The position numbers were made by a program, and so were the translations under genes. From assembly GCA_030834695.1 (NCBI GenBank), contig JAUQXK010000127.1, positions 70,827-134,826 on the forward strand: a DNA stretch of 64,000 nt, in the 5' to 3' direction. Positions 9,673-18,933 of the stretch are shown piece by piece; within the stretch, counting starts at the first letter, position 1, and every line of letters starts with the position of its first letter. The notes beneath the pieces were generated by a model, which searched no databases, was not told the origin of the DNA, and saw only the letters and a program-made list of their open reading frames with translations. Source of the stretch: Desulfobacterales bacterium (GTDB lineage: Bacteria > Desulfobacterota > Desulfobacteria > Desulfobacterales > SpSt-501).

Positions 9673-9843
9673 TCAATCCACGCAGGCCGCGTTGAAATAG
9701 TCGGCGGCCTCCTCGACGGTGTCGAAGATGAGCCAGTCCCGCCAGACCGTCTCGCCGGCCTGGGTGCGGGTGTGCTCGATCTGGGTGCTGCCATGATACT
9801 CGTAGCAGTCGCAATACGCCTCGCTGGTCATGTGCCGAGTCAT
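9673..9843 (-). CDS. unlisted small ORF, 56 aa (MTRHMTSEAYCDCYEYHGSTQIEHTRTQAGETVWRDWLIFDTVEEAADYFNAACVD)
   Basis: AAAGGAGG RBS 4 nt before the ATG (9841-9843). About 88 percent G/C at codon position 3 by hand count. TGA at 9673-9675. Below the 60-aa cutoff of the ORF track. Confidence 0.55.
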   Translation of the reverse strand: MTRHMTSEAYCDCYEYHGSTQIEHTRTQAGETVWRDWLIFDTVEEAADYFNAACVD

Positions 9844-9916
9844 GTGGCCTCCTTTAAAAAGTTTTGTGGACTGGGACGAAAACTCGATTCTTTTGGAGGA
9901 GACTCTAACAGGGCTG

Positions 9917-9935
9917 TGTGACAGATCCGGTCACA
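9917..9935. promoter_or_regulatory. palindrome TGTGAC-N7-GTCACA, candidate operator
   Basis: Perfect 6-bp inverted arms in the divergent region between the small-ORF cassette (start 9843) and the WYL regulator gene. Confidence 0.3.
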
Positions 9936-9970
9936 GTTGCGAAAGAATTTGCACGATTTTCAAAATCCCC

Positions 9971-10105
9971 GATGAACTCGTAAAAAGTCTGAAAATGCCG
10001 TTTCAGTCATTCCGGCGAAAGCCGGAATCAAGCTTTTACATGCAGTTATGCGCACGGACTCCGGCTTTCGCCGGAGTGACGGCTTCTTACAAAGTCATCA
10101 AAAGC
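9971..10105 (+). repeat. intergenic REP-like element, family 1 type A
   Basis: GATGAACTCGTAAAAAGTCTGAAAATGC, then GTCATTCCGGCGAAAGCCGGAATCAAGC, then CTCCGGCTTTCGCCGGAGTGACG. Near-identical copy at 11279. Confidence 0.9.
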
Positions 10106-10283
10106 CTCGACTCCACGATGTTGGAACACGGCGCGCAGCCATGAACCGATGCAGCCCTATGATGATCTTTTCTTTTCATCCCGAATCCAGTATCCAGTAT
10201 CGAGCATCCCGCCGAAAACTGATTCCTTCGGTGAGAACACGCGGTTGGGGTTTGGGCCGGATATCTACACAGGGGAGTCTTGG

Positions 10284-11282
10284 ATGGCACGCGGCGACCA
10301 GCTGGCGCGGCAGTGGAAGATCATTCAAGCGCTGATTGCATCCCGGCGCGGCAAATCGGTCCCGGAGCTGGCGGAAATGGTCGAATGCCATACCCGCACC
10401 GTATACCGGGACCTCGAGGCCCTGCAGGTTGCGGGGTTTCCGGTGACCACCGAGCGGGACGGGCACCGGATGGTCTGGTCGCTTCTGGCCGGGGCCCAGC
10501 AGACCCTGCCCATTCCCCTGAGTCTGCCGGAACTGCTAGCGCTATACTTCGGGAGGCGGTTGGCGGGCGTGTTGAGGGGCACCGTATTCCATGATGCCCT
10601 TGAATCCCTTTTCGAAAAAATCAAGGCGCTGCTGCCGGGGGAAATGATTCAAGAGCTCGAGCGGGCGCAGGCGGGGCTGGCGGTCGGAGCAACTCCGGTC
10701 AAGCCGCACGCGGCCTACCGCGGCACGATCGACACCGTAAACCAGGCCGTTTCTCAGCGGCGCCGTCTCGACATGATCTACCGTTCCATGCGCGACAGGG
10801 CCGAAACCCGCCGACAGGTCGCCCCCTACCGGCTGCTGTTTTTCGACGGTGCGTTTTACGTGATCGGGTATTGCGGTCTGCGCCAGGACATCCGGGTCTT
10901 CGCCCTGGACCGCATTAAGCGCCTCGACCTCACGGATGAGCCGTTCGACCTGCCGGCCGATATGATCCTCGACGATTTCCTGAAACCCAGCTTCGGTGTG
11001 TTCCTGGGCCCGCCCACGAAAGTGCGGGTGCGCTTCGCATCGGAGGTCGCCGGTTATCTGTCTGAAAAAACCTGGCACGCGAGCCAGAAGTTGACGCCGC
11101 AAAAGGACGGCTCCGTCGTTTTCGAGGCCGAGGTGGCCGGGACCGAGGAAATTAAACGCTGGATCCTGACGTGGGGCGCCCATGCGGTCGTTCTATCACC
11201 CGATTCCCTGCGGGAGGGACTGCGACGGGAGGCGGACGCGATGAAACGAAACTACCGCAACTCAAAAATGATGGTTTTGTAA
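10284..11282 (+). CDS. HTH-WYL-WCX domain transcriptional regulator (YafY/PafBC/BrxR-like architecture)
   Basis: ATG 10284 follows an AGGGGAG RBS. N-terminal wHTH (SVPELAEMVECHTRTVYRDLEALQVAGFPV). WYL core (YRLLFFDGAFYVIGYCGLRQDIRVFALDRIKRL). C-terminal extension. Confidence 0.85.
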   Translation: MARGDQLARQWKIIQALIASRRGKSVPELAEMVECHTRTVYRDLEALQVAGFPVTTERDGHRMVWSLLAGAQQTLPIPLSLPELLALYFGRRLAGVLRGTVFHDALESLFEKIKALLPGEMIQELERAQAGLAVGATPVKPHAAYRGTIDTVNQAVSQRRRLDMIYRSMRDRAETRRQVAPYRLLFFDGAFYVIGYCGLRQDIRVFALDRIKRLDLTDEPFDLPADMILDDFLKPSFGVFLGPPTKVRVRFASEVAGYLSEKTWHASQKLTPQKDGSVVFEAEVAGTEEIKRWILTWGAHAVVLSPDSLREGLRREADAMKRNYRNSKMMVL

Positions 11283-11408
11283 AAAGCCTGAAAATGCTCT
11301 TTTCTGTCATTCCGGCGGAAGCCGGAATCAAGCATTTACACGCAGTTGCAAATTCCCTGGACGCCGGCTTTCGCCGGAGTGACGACTTTTTACGAGTTCA
11401 TCAAAAAT
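11279..11408 (+). repeat. intergenic REP-like element, family 1 type A
   Basis: Same three modules as the copy at 9971. It spans from the WYL gene stop to the cutA RBS. Confidence 0.9.
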
Positions 11409-11420
11409 GGAGGGCATTCC

Positions 11421-11738
11421 ATGCCGATCCGATTCGTCTATATGACGGCCGGCAGCCTGGAGGAGGCCCGGCGCATCGGCCGGGAGTTGGTTTCCGCTCA
11501 CCTGGCGGCCTGCGTCAACATCCTCCCGCAGATGCAGTCGATCTATGTTTGGGAGGGCCAGCTTCAAGAAGACGCCGAGGTGGTCATGATCGCCAAAACA
11601 ACCGCCGCGCGCGCCGCCGAGCTCATTGCGAAAGTGAAGTCCCTCCACAGCTACAGCGTGCCCTGCATCGTCAGCCTGGCGGTTGAGGACGGCCACCCGC
11701 CGTTTCTGGAGTGGGTCGCCCAGAGCGTCGAGAGTTAG
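11421..11738 (+). CDS. cutA: divalent-cation tolerance protein CutA
   Basis: 105 aa. LAACVNILPQMQSIYVWEGQL...HSYSVPCIV pattern typical of CutA1. GGAGGG RBS. Confidence 0.85.
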   Translation: MPIRFVYMTAGSLEEARRIGRELVSAHLAACVNILPQMQSIYVWEGQLQEDAEVVMIAKTTAARAAELIAKVKSLHSYSVPCIVSLAVEDGHPPFLEWVAQSVES

Positions 11739-11762
11739 TATTATTAGTGCGGCAAGTAAATA

Positions 11763-12009
11763 GGTTCAACTTTAGCCGAGGTCCGGCGGGGCGGGTTTTC
11801 GGCCGCAGCGCACCGCAACCCATTTTTCAGGCGACCCTGCCACGCCCCCAAGCCGTCGAGAGGAACCTCAGACAGGCAGATACGGCTAGCGACTGCGTGG
11901 GCATCGGTCCTCCGGGGCTGTCCGGAACCATATGAAGCGGGCTTGCTGCCGTACGCTAGTTCGTTGAACGGATGGTTGCGGCGCGCTGCGGCCGAAAACC
12001 CGCCTCGCC
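11763..12009. repeat. family 3 element: about 35-nt inverted repeat arms enclosing a 153-nt core
   Basis: Arm 11786-11820 (GGCGGGGCGGGTTTTCGGCCGCAGCGCACCGCAACC) is the reverse complement, with few mismatches, of 11974-12009. The left end is repeated at 32958. Confidence 0.8.
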
Positions 12010-12211
12010 GATGAGCGATATGGCCGCAATTGAATATATTTTGTTGCCGGTTCAATAACTATAAAATTATTATGAATAGAATCCAGAGGATTATTGAAGC
12101 GGGGTGTATCCCTGATAATTCATCCATAAATTTGTGTGCAAATATGTTGCATGTACGGATAAAAGTCAAGCCCATCTAAAAACTCCGCAAGACGGTTCCG
12201 GGGAGGATGAA

Positions 12212-13606
12212 TTACGGCTTCAGAAGCTTCATCCCGTCGCGGGTGTCCTTGACGATGTAGCCCAAGTTCTGGATCGCGTCGCGCAGCCGGTCGGACTCGG
12301 CCCAGTTCTTGGACTCCCGCGCTCGGCGTCGGGCTTCGACCAGCCGCTGGACTTCGGCCGACAACTCTTCACGCTGGTCAACCTGGTCCAGGCCCAGGCC
12401 CAGCACGCGGTCGAACTCCAGAATGGTACCGTGCTTCTCGCTTGGTGGGATATCGCTTTTCAGCATTTCCTGCACCACCGCCAGGGCACGCGGCATGTTC
12501 AGGTCATCGTTGACGGCTTCCAGGAATTTTTCGCGGTGAGCGGAGCTGACGCCCCCGGAGGCGGAATTACCGCCATTTGTCACCTCCCGCACCTGGTTGC
12601 AGAGATGTTCGAGGCCGTTCTTGGCCGCCTGAATGGACTCGTCGCTGTACTCCATGGGCTTGCGGTAATGGGTCAGGAAAGCCGCGAATCGATAGGCCAG
12701 CGGCGGGATGCCGCGCTTGATGAGAGCGTTATCCAGCGTGAGAAAATTCTCCTCGCTTTTGGCCATCTTCTTGCCGCCCTGAATGTTGAGAAAGGCCCCG
12801 TGCATCCAAAAATTGAAGAACTTCCGGCCGGTGGCCGCCTCGGACTGGGCGATCTCGTTGGTGTGGTGGATGTCGATGTGATCGATCCCGCCGCAGTGGA
12901 TGTCGAGCTGGTCCCCGAGGAACTGCGCGCTCATGGCCGAACACTCGATGTGCCATCCGGGAAAACCGACCCCCCACGGGGAGTCCCACTCCATCTGGCG
13001 TCGGGCGCCGGGCGGGGAAAACTTCCACAAGGCAAAATCCGTCGCGTTGCGCTTCTCCGGGTTTTTCTCCACCCGGGCCCCTTCCTGCAGGGCTTCCAGG
13101 TTTTGATTCGACAGTCTCGCGTATCCCGGAAACTTGGCAGTGTCGAAATAAATGCCATCCCGGGTTTGGTATGTGAATCCCTTCTCTTCCAAGATGCGGA
13201 TGAGGTCGATCTGCTCGGGAATGCTGTCGGTCGCCTTGCACCAGATGGTGGGCTCCAGGATGTTCAGCCGGGCGATGTCCTGCTTGAAAGCATGGGTGTA
13301 GAACTCGGCGATGCCCCAGGCTGTCTTGCCCTCGCGCCGGGACCCGGCCTCCATTTTGTCCTCTCCCATGTCACGATCGCCGGTCAAATGGCCGACGTCG
13401 GTGATGTTCATGACATGGCGCACCGAGTAGCCGTTGAACGTGAGCACCCGCTTCAGGATGTCTTCGAAGATGTAGGTGCGCAGGTTGCCGATGTGGGCAA
13501 AGTTGTATACGGTCGGCCCGCAGGTGTAGAGGCCGACCTCGCCGGATCGGATGGGAACGAATTCTTCTTTTTGCCGCGTCAGGGTGTTGTACAGGCAAAG
13601 CTGCAT
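12212..13606 (-). CDS. cysS: cysteine--tRNA ligase
   Basis: Class I aaRS motifs HIGN (FAHIGNL) and KMAKS. Start [16 protein letters not shown] at the internal ATG 13604-13606. Confidence 0.95.
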   Translation of the reverse strand: MQLCLYNTLTRQKEEFVPIRSGEVGLYTCGPTVYNFAHIGNLRTYIFEDILKRVLTFNGYSVRHVMNITDVGHLTGDRDMGEDKMEAGSRREGKTAWGIAEFYTHAFKQDIARLNILEPTIWCKATDSIPEQIDLIRILEEKGFTYQTRDGIYFDTAKFPGYARLSNQNLEALQEGARVEKNPEKRNATDFALWKFSPPGARRQMEWDSPWGVGFPGWHIECSAMSAQFLGDQLDIHCGGIDHIDIHHTNEIAQSEAATGRKFFNFWMHGAFLNIQGGKKMAKSEENFLTLDNALIKRGIPPLAYRFAAFLTHYRKPMEYSDESIQAAKNGLEHLCNQVREVTNGGNSASGGVSSAHREKFLEAVNDDLNMPRALAVVQEMLKSDIPPSEKHGTILEFDRVLGLGLDQVDQREELSAEVQRLVEARRRARESKNWAESDRLRDAIQNLGYIVKDTRDGMKLLKP

Positions 13607-13687
13607 GCGTCGTCTCCGTGAAGGAATTCGCCGGCTGATGTAGCACACCCTGCCGCGGCACTCAACCCGTGCGAACGCAATGGGCCC

Positions 13688-14212
13688 CTAATTTACCACC
13701 CCGCAGCCCATGCGCGCGCCGCCGCCCCCCAAAGGCTCCGGTTGATCCGAAAAGTTGTCGCCCCCGGCGTGCACCATAAGGCTCCGACCTTTGACATCCG
13801 TTACTTTCAGCCGCGGCGCCAGCACCGGGAGCGTGGATTTGCCCTGAGCGTCGACGAACAGCGGCGGCAGGTCCCCCAAGTGCCCGTCTGCGTAAGGTCC
13901 CAGGTGCTTGCCGGTTTTTGCCGGGTCGTAGTGGCCGCCGGCGCCGAGCGAGGGGACCGGCTTGCCGTCCTTGTCCATGGGAGCGCAGCTGGGGTGTTCA
14001 TGCACATGGAAGCCATGGATTCCGGGGGGCAGGCCGCTCAGGTTCGGGGTGAACAGAGTGCCGTACGGAGTCGCGGTTATCGTGACGGTGCCGAGCATCG
14101 CACCGGGCCCGGAAGGCTCGGCGGCGCGGATTTCGACAACCGTCGATTGCGCGTGCGCATAACCGAAAAACGTCGCCAGGGCAAAGAGGTTCACGATCAA
14201 GACCTTTTTCAT
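13688..14212 (-). CDS. sodC: periplasmic Cu/Zn superoxide dismutase
   Basis: Signal peptide. GFHVHE, GGHYDP, HLGDLP and VHAGGDN motifs. AAGGAG RBS. Confidence 0.9.
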   Translation of the reverse strand: MKKVLIVNLFALATFFGYAHAQSTVVEIRAAEPSGPGAMLGTVTITATPYGTLFTPNLSGLPPGIHGFHVHEHPSCAPMDKDGKPVPSLGAGGHYDPAKTGKHLGPYADGHLGDLPPLFVDAQGKSTLPVLAPRLKVTDVKGRSLMVHAGGDNFSDQPEPLGGGGARMGCGVVN

Positions 14213-14392
14213 AGAATGACTCCTTTCATGGGCAGGGCATTAGGTGGTTCCAGCCCGGCTGCTTCCGGCGGGTGAACCAGGCCATCGCGTGGAGCGGATT
14301 TGAAAGTCGACCGGTCGCTGGTGGCTTAAAGGATAATACACAAATCCTGACTGCAAAGACGGGCGCAATGGCGCTGGGGAGAACCGGCAGGT

Positions 14393-16090
14393 TCAGAGTT
14401 TGCCCTTCTTGAGAATGGCTACGAGCAGCCAGATGCCCATGAGGGCGGCCGCCAGAAAGCCGATGATGCCGATGAGCGAAATGCCGTAGAACAGCGGGGG
14501 CGTTCGGGAGATGACGATCAGGGCCGAGCCGACGATGAGGGCGGCGATGATGATGGCGAAGGCAATGCGGTTGCTGATCTGGTCGTGGGTAGCCAAGACC
14601 TTTTCGAGGCCGTCGTGTCTGATTTTCAGGCTGAGTTTCTGCTGTCGCAGCAGCCCCGCCAGGTCGAGCAGCTCCTTGGGAAACTGGTTCAGAAACGTGA
14701 GCATCCGCCCCGCCAGGTCGCCCACGGTTTCGGCCACCCGCTGCGGCTTGAAACGGTCCATGAGCACCTGCTCGATGAAGGGCGCCGCTTTGGCGATCAT
14801 GTCGAAATCCGGGTCGAGCATCCGACCGACCGCCTCCACGGTGCTGATGGCCTTAAGCATCAGGAAAATATCCGGCGGAAGGCGCAGCTGAAACCGGGTG
14901 GCGATCTCCAGGAGATCCTGCAGGAGCTTGCCGACCTCGATGTCCTTGAGCGGGCGGAAAAGATGCCGGCCCATGAATTCCGACAGCTCGCGCTCCAGCT
15001 GCCGCAGATCGGGCGACTGCTCCCAGCTGGTCAGCTGCAGAAGCACCTGAGCCGCTCGGACTTCGTTGCGCCGCACGACGCTGTCCACCAATTCGACGAA
15101 TATCTCCCGCGTCTGGCGGTCCACCACTCCCACCATGCCGAAATCCAGGAGACAGATCACGTTGCCCGGCAATGCAAATATATTCCCGGGATGCGGGTCC
15201 GCGTGGAAGAACCCGAGGTTGAACACCTGCTTGAGGACGATGTCGGCGCCGCGCGAGCAAAGCAGCCGGCGGTCATAGCCGGCGGCATCCAGCTGGTCGA
15301 TATTCGAAATCTTGATGCCTTCGACGAATTCGGTGGTGAGGATGCCGGCGGAGCAAAACTCCCGATAGACGGCTGGAATATAGACCGTCGGGTCGCCGAG
15401 AAACCCCTGGGCGATCCGGTCGATGTGAGTGGCCTCGATGCGGTAATCGATTTCCTTCTCCAGGGTGCGGGCAAACTCCTCGACGATTTTGACCGGTTTG
15501 TGCAGAGCCAGCTCCTCCACATGCCGTTCCGCCAGGGTGGCCAGATGCAACATGATTTCAAGGTCCACTTCGATGAGCGCGCGGATGCCGGGGCGCTGGA
15601 TCTTGACGGCGACCGCTTCGCCGTTTTTCAGCCGTGCGCGGTGCACCTGGCCGATGGACGCCGAGGCCGCCGGTTCCATGTCGATGCCTTCAAACACATC
15701 GGAGGACGGTGCACCCAGCTCACGTTGAATAATCGTCTCGGCTTCGTCGAAGGAAAACGGTGGGACGCTGTCCTGAAGCTTGGAGAGTTCGTGGATGAAC
15801 TCCACGGGAATGAGGTCCGGTCGGGTCGAGAGCACTTGACCCAGTTTGATGTAGGTGGGGCCAAGCTCCTCGAGGGCCATCCGCACCCGCTGGGGCCGTG
15901 TCAGCGGCTCCTCGCGCGGCGCCCGTTTCTTCGAAATCATTTGAAGACCGACTTCGAGGTACTGGTCGATCTTCAACGACTCCACGAGCTCACCGAACCC
16001 GTGCTTCAGCAGCACCGCCAGGATATGGCGGTAGCGATTGAGATGGCGGTACGTCCTGCTGATGACACCTATTTTGCGGATGCTCAGCAT
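14393..16090 (-). CDS. ubiB: ABC1/UbiB-family atypical kinase
   Basis: ABC1 kinase-like core (AASIGQVHRARLKNGEAVAVKIQRP, FFHADPHPGNIF, LLDFGMVG). Two C-terminal TM helices. Start at the internal ATG (MLSIRKIG). Confidence 0.85.
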   Translation of the reverse strand: MLSIRKIGVISRTYRHLNRYRHILAVLLKHGFGELVESLKIDQYLEVGLQMISKKRAPREEPLTRPQRVRMALEELGPTYIKLGQVLSTRPDLIPVEFIHELSKLQDSVPPFSFDEAETIIQRELGAPSSDVFEGIDMEPAASASIGQVHRARLKNGEAVAVKIQRPGIRALIEVDLEIMLHLATLAERHVEELALHKPVKIVEEFARTLEKEIDYRIEATHIDRIAQGFLGDPTVYIPAVYREFCSAGILTTEFVEGIKISNIDQLDAAGYDRRLLCSRGADIVLKQVFNLGFFHADPHPGNIFALPGNVICLLDFGMVGVVDRQTREIFVELVDSVVRRNEVRAAQVLLQLTSWEQSPDLRQLERELSEFMGRHLFRPLKDIEVGKLLQDLLEIATRFQLRLPPDIFLMLKAISTVEAVGRMLDPDFDMIAKAAPFIEQVLMDRFKPQRVAETVGDLAGRMLTFLNQFPKELLDLAGLLRQQKLSLKIRHDGLEKVLATHDQISNRIAFAIIIAALIVGSALIVISRTPPLFYGISLIGIIGFLAAALMGIWLLVAILKKGKL

Positions 16091-16118
16091 GGTCAGCCGG
16101 GCGCCGAAGCACCTGTCT

Positions 16119-16490
16119 TCAGGAAGAAGGTTTGGCTTTGGATCGACCCTTGGAGGAAGCGGACTTTCCGGGCTTCGCTTCCTTGGATGCACGGGCCGCC
16201 TTGAGCTCCTTCCGGAGGCCCTGGATCTCCCGCTTGAGGGACTTCACGTCGTCGCTGGTCGCGATGTCGGCTTTCTTGAGGACGTCCTTGACTAAACGAT
16301 GGGCCTGCATCTCCATTTTCTTCTGGGCCTCCTCGTAACTCTTCTTCAAATTTTTGAGAAGTTGACCGGCGTCTTTTTCGGAGAGCTGGGCTTTTTTGAT
16401 GATGTCCTTTCCCGCGGCCTCGACTTCCGTCCAGGTCTTGAGAGCCAGGCCGACCCCTGTCGTCAACGCTTTCTTTAGTTGTTCGATCAT
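16119..16490 (-). CDS. phasin-like coiled-coil protein (COG3937-type)
   Basis: 123-aa Lys/Glu-rich helical protein directly upstream of the ubiB-like gene. Lys/Ser-rich tail. Confidence 0.6.
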   Translation of the reverse strand: MIEQLKKALTTGVGLALKTWTEVEAAGKDIIKKAQLSEKDAGQLLKNLKKSYEEAQKKMEMQAHRLVKDVLKKADIATSDDVKSLKREIQGLRKELKAARASKEAKPGKSASSKGRSKAKPSS

Positions 16491-16559
16491 ACCCGCTGGT
16501 CCTTTCGTGTACGAGTCCTTCGGTTAATATCCCATCCGTGCCCGACCGCCGCAACCTTG

Positions 16560-16680
16560 GATGAACTCGCAAAAGCCGCGCTGAGCAAACTGTCATTTCG
16601 ACCAGCGGGAGAAATCTATTCTTGATTGCGCTGTAACCGAAAGATTTCTCGCTTCGCTCGAAATGGCATGTGCTCGGGGT
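16560..16680 (+). repeat. family 2 palindromic MITE-like element
   Basis: GTCATTTCGACCAGCGGGAGAAATC ... GATTTCTCGCTTCGCTCGAAATGGC terminal inverted repeats, preceded by a GATGAACTCGCAAAAGCC module shared with family 1. Confidence 0.85.
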
Positions 16681-16702
16681 CTTTTTGAGGGTTCCGTAAC
16701 CG

Positions 16703-17857
16703 TTACTTCAACTTGCCGAGCACCGCACTGGCGATGGTGTTCTTCTGGATCTCCTTAGTGCCTTCGTAGATCTCGGTGATTTTGGCATCGCGGTAAAAGC
16801 GCTCCACCTCGTACTCGGTCATGTAGCCGTATCCCCCCAGCAATTGGATGGCCTCGTCGGCCACCTCGACCGCCGTTCGTGCGGCGTACATTTTGGCCAT
16901 GGAGGTGAGCTTGGGATCCATGCGGCCCTGATCGAAGTTCCAAGCCGCTTTGTACGTCATCAGCCGCGCCAGCTCGATTTTGGTGGCCATGTCCGCCAGC
17001 TTGTGCTGCGTCACCTGGAAATCGGCGAGCCGCCGGCCGAACTGCTGCCGCTCTTTGACGTAGGCCAACGCACGCTCGAAAGCGCCCTGGGCGATTCCCA
17101 GGGCCTGGGCGGCGACCAGGATCCGGCTCTCATCGAAGAACTCGAGCACCTGGTAGAACCCGCGGCCCTCCTTGCCGATCAGGTTGGAAACCGGCACCCG
17201 CACGTCCTTATAGTTCACTTCGGCCGTGGCCATCATATGAATGCCCATCTTCTCGCCGACGTCGGCGGTGGTCAGCCCCGGCCGGTCGGCTTCCACCAGA
17301 ATCATGCTGATCCCGCGGTAGGCCGGCTGGACGGCCGCGTCGGTCTGGCACAAGGTGCAGTAGAAACCCGCCAGCCCGCCGTTGGTGATAAAGGTCTTGG
17401 TGCCGTTGATGATCCACTCGTCGCCGTGCCGCACGGCCAGCGTATCCAAAGACGTGATGTCGGATCCATGGCCGGGCTCTGTGAAGGAACCGCCCGATAG
17501 CATTTTGCCTTCGGCCACCAGCGGCAGGAATTTTCTTTTCTGTTCCTCGCTGCCGAACCGCAGCACACATTCGGATGCGAAACTCGCCAGGATCACGGCG
17601 CTGCCGATGCCCGAATCCCGGGCGCAGAATTCCTCGGCGATCAGAATATTCTCCAGGACACCGAGCCCCTGGCCGGAAAACTGTTCCGGATAGTGCACAC
17701 CCACAAAGCCGAGCTCGGCCGCCTTCTGCCATATCTTCCTGGGGAACTCGTGCTTGCGGTCCCATTCAAGTGCTAGCTCTTTGTCGAATTCACCCTTGGC
17801 AAATTCCCGGGCGGCTTTCTGAATCTCTTTCTGCGGCTTGCTGAGTTCGAAATCCAT
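16703..17857 (-). CDS. acyl-CoA dehydrogenase
   Basis: 384 aa from the internal ATG (MDFELSKPQKEI). ACAD motifs (GSDITSL, FITNGG, YEGTKEIQ). Confidence 0.9.
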   Translation of the reverse strand: MDFELSKPQKEIQKAAREFAKGEFDKELALEWDRKHEFPRKIWQKAAELGFVGVHYPEQFSGQGLGVLENILIAEEFCARDSGIGSAVILASFASECVLRFGSEEQKRKFLPLVAEGKMLSGGSFTEPGHGSDITSLDTLAVRHGDEWIINGTKTFITNGGLAGFYCTLCQTDAAVQPAYRGISMILVEADRPGLTTADVGEKMGIHMMATAEVNYKDVRVPVSNLIGKEGRGFYQVLEFFDESRILVAAQALGIAQGAFERALAYVKERQQFGRRLADFQVTQHKLADMATKIELARLMTYKAAWNFDQGRMDPKLTSMAKMYAARTAVEVADEAIQLLGGYGYMTEYEVERFYRDAKITEIYEGTKEIQKNTIASAVLGKLK

Positions 17858-18073
17858 CGTTCTCTCCCCTGTTCGTTTTTGCGCGTGGGTTCCCACCGTG
17901 TGCCTGGTTTGCGCTTAGCATAGGCATGCAGCCATTTCAAGGCATTTGCAGCGGGTACCGTTCGGCGCGGCTGGCCCCTGAGAGCCTGGATAGAAGCGTC
18001 TTGACTGTTGCAAAAAACTGGCCTAAGAATTACGGATCCGAGACGGCCCCTGCACGGGGCCGGCAGTCGGATG

Positions 18074-18099
18074 TTATCCATCGAGACATTATCCATCGA
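18074..18099 (+). repeat. tandem direct repeat TTATCCATCGA x2 (15-nt period) next to the cooC-like start
   Basis: Exact 11-mers at 18074-18084 and 18089-18099, 19 nt upstream of ATG 18118. Confidence 0.8.
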
Positions 18100-18117
18100 A
18101 AGGAAACCCGAATACGC

Positions 18118-18867
18118 ATGGCGTTCTCAATCGCCTTAGCCGGCAAGGGCGGCACCGGAAAAACCACTCTGGCGGGTCTTCTGGTGAAATACCTCATCAA
18201 ACACAACAAGACCCCGGTGTTGGCGGTGGATGCCGACAGCAACTCCAACTTGAACGAAGTGCTGGGCGTCGCCGTCTGCGGTACTCTCGGAAATGCCCGT
18301 GAAGACATGAAGAAGGGCCACGTCCCCAGCGGCATGACCAAGGACGTCTTTATGTCCATGAAGCTGGAGCAGGCCGTGGTGGAGTCCGAGAGCTTCGACC
18401 TGGTCGTCATGGGCCGGCCCGAGGGCGCGGGCTGTTACTGCGCCGCCAACTCGCTGCTGACCGGATTTCTGGAAAAGCTGGTTGACAACTACCCGTACAT
18501 TGTCATGGACAACGAGGCCGGCATGGAGCACGTCAGCCGGCTCACCACCAAGAACGTCAACATTCTCCTGCTGGTGTCCGACCCGTCGCGGCGCGGGCTC
18601 CAGGCGGCGCTTCGGATCGAAGAGTTGGCCCGGGAGCTGAGGATCGGGGTCGGCAAGAGCTGCCTCGTCATCAACCAGGTCAAGGAACCGCCTTCGGCCG
18701 GGCTTCTCAAGATGATCGCCGACGCAGGCGTGGAACTGGCCGGCACCGTTCCGGCGGACGAAACCGTTTACGATTTCGACTACCGGGGCCGTCCGACCAG
18801 CCAAATGCCGGAAACCAGCCCCAGCGTTCAAGCGGCGTTTGCGATCTTCGACCGAATCGTTTCTTGA
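18118..18867 (+). CDS. CooC/AcsF-type MinD-family nickel-insertion ATPase
   Basis: MAFSIALAGKGGTGKTT deviant Walker A. VDADSNSNL. CYCAAN CxC motif. 249 aa from the internal ATG. Confidence 0.8.
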   Translation: MAFSIALAGKGGTGKTTLAGLLVKYLIKHNKTPVLAVDADSNSNLNEVLGVAVCGTLGNAREDMKKGHVPSGMTKDVFMSMKLEQAVVESESFDLVVMGRPEGAGCYCAANSLLTGFLEKLVDNYPYIVMDNEAGMEHVSRLTTKNVNILLLVSDPSRRGLQAALRIEELARELRIGVGKSCLVINQVKEPPSAGLLKMIADAGVELAGTVPADETVYDFDYRGRPTSQMPETSPSVQAAFAIFDRIVS

Positions 18868-18933
18868 CCGGCGCGTGCCGTCTGGTCGCTGCGGCAGGGT
18901 TGCAAGGCTCACGCTCAAAAAGGACGAAAGCCG

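Noticed and set aside
9830-10144. ORFs translating the intergenic repeats (9830-10144, 10048-10335, 11171-11686 N-terminus, 36827-37156, 41754-42248)
   Set aside because: Their only conserved parts (SFRRKPES, AFAGVT, SFRAQREI) are translations of the REP/MITE hairpins. The sequences are repeats, not genes.
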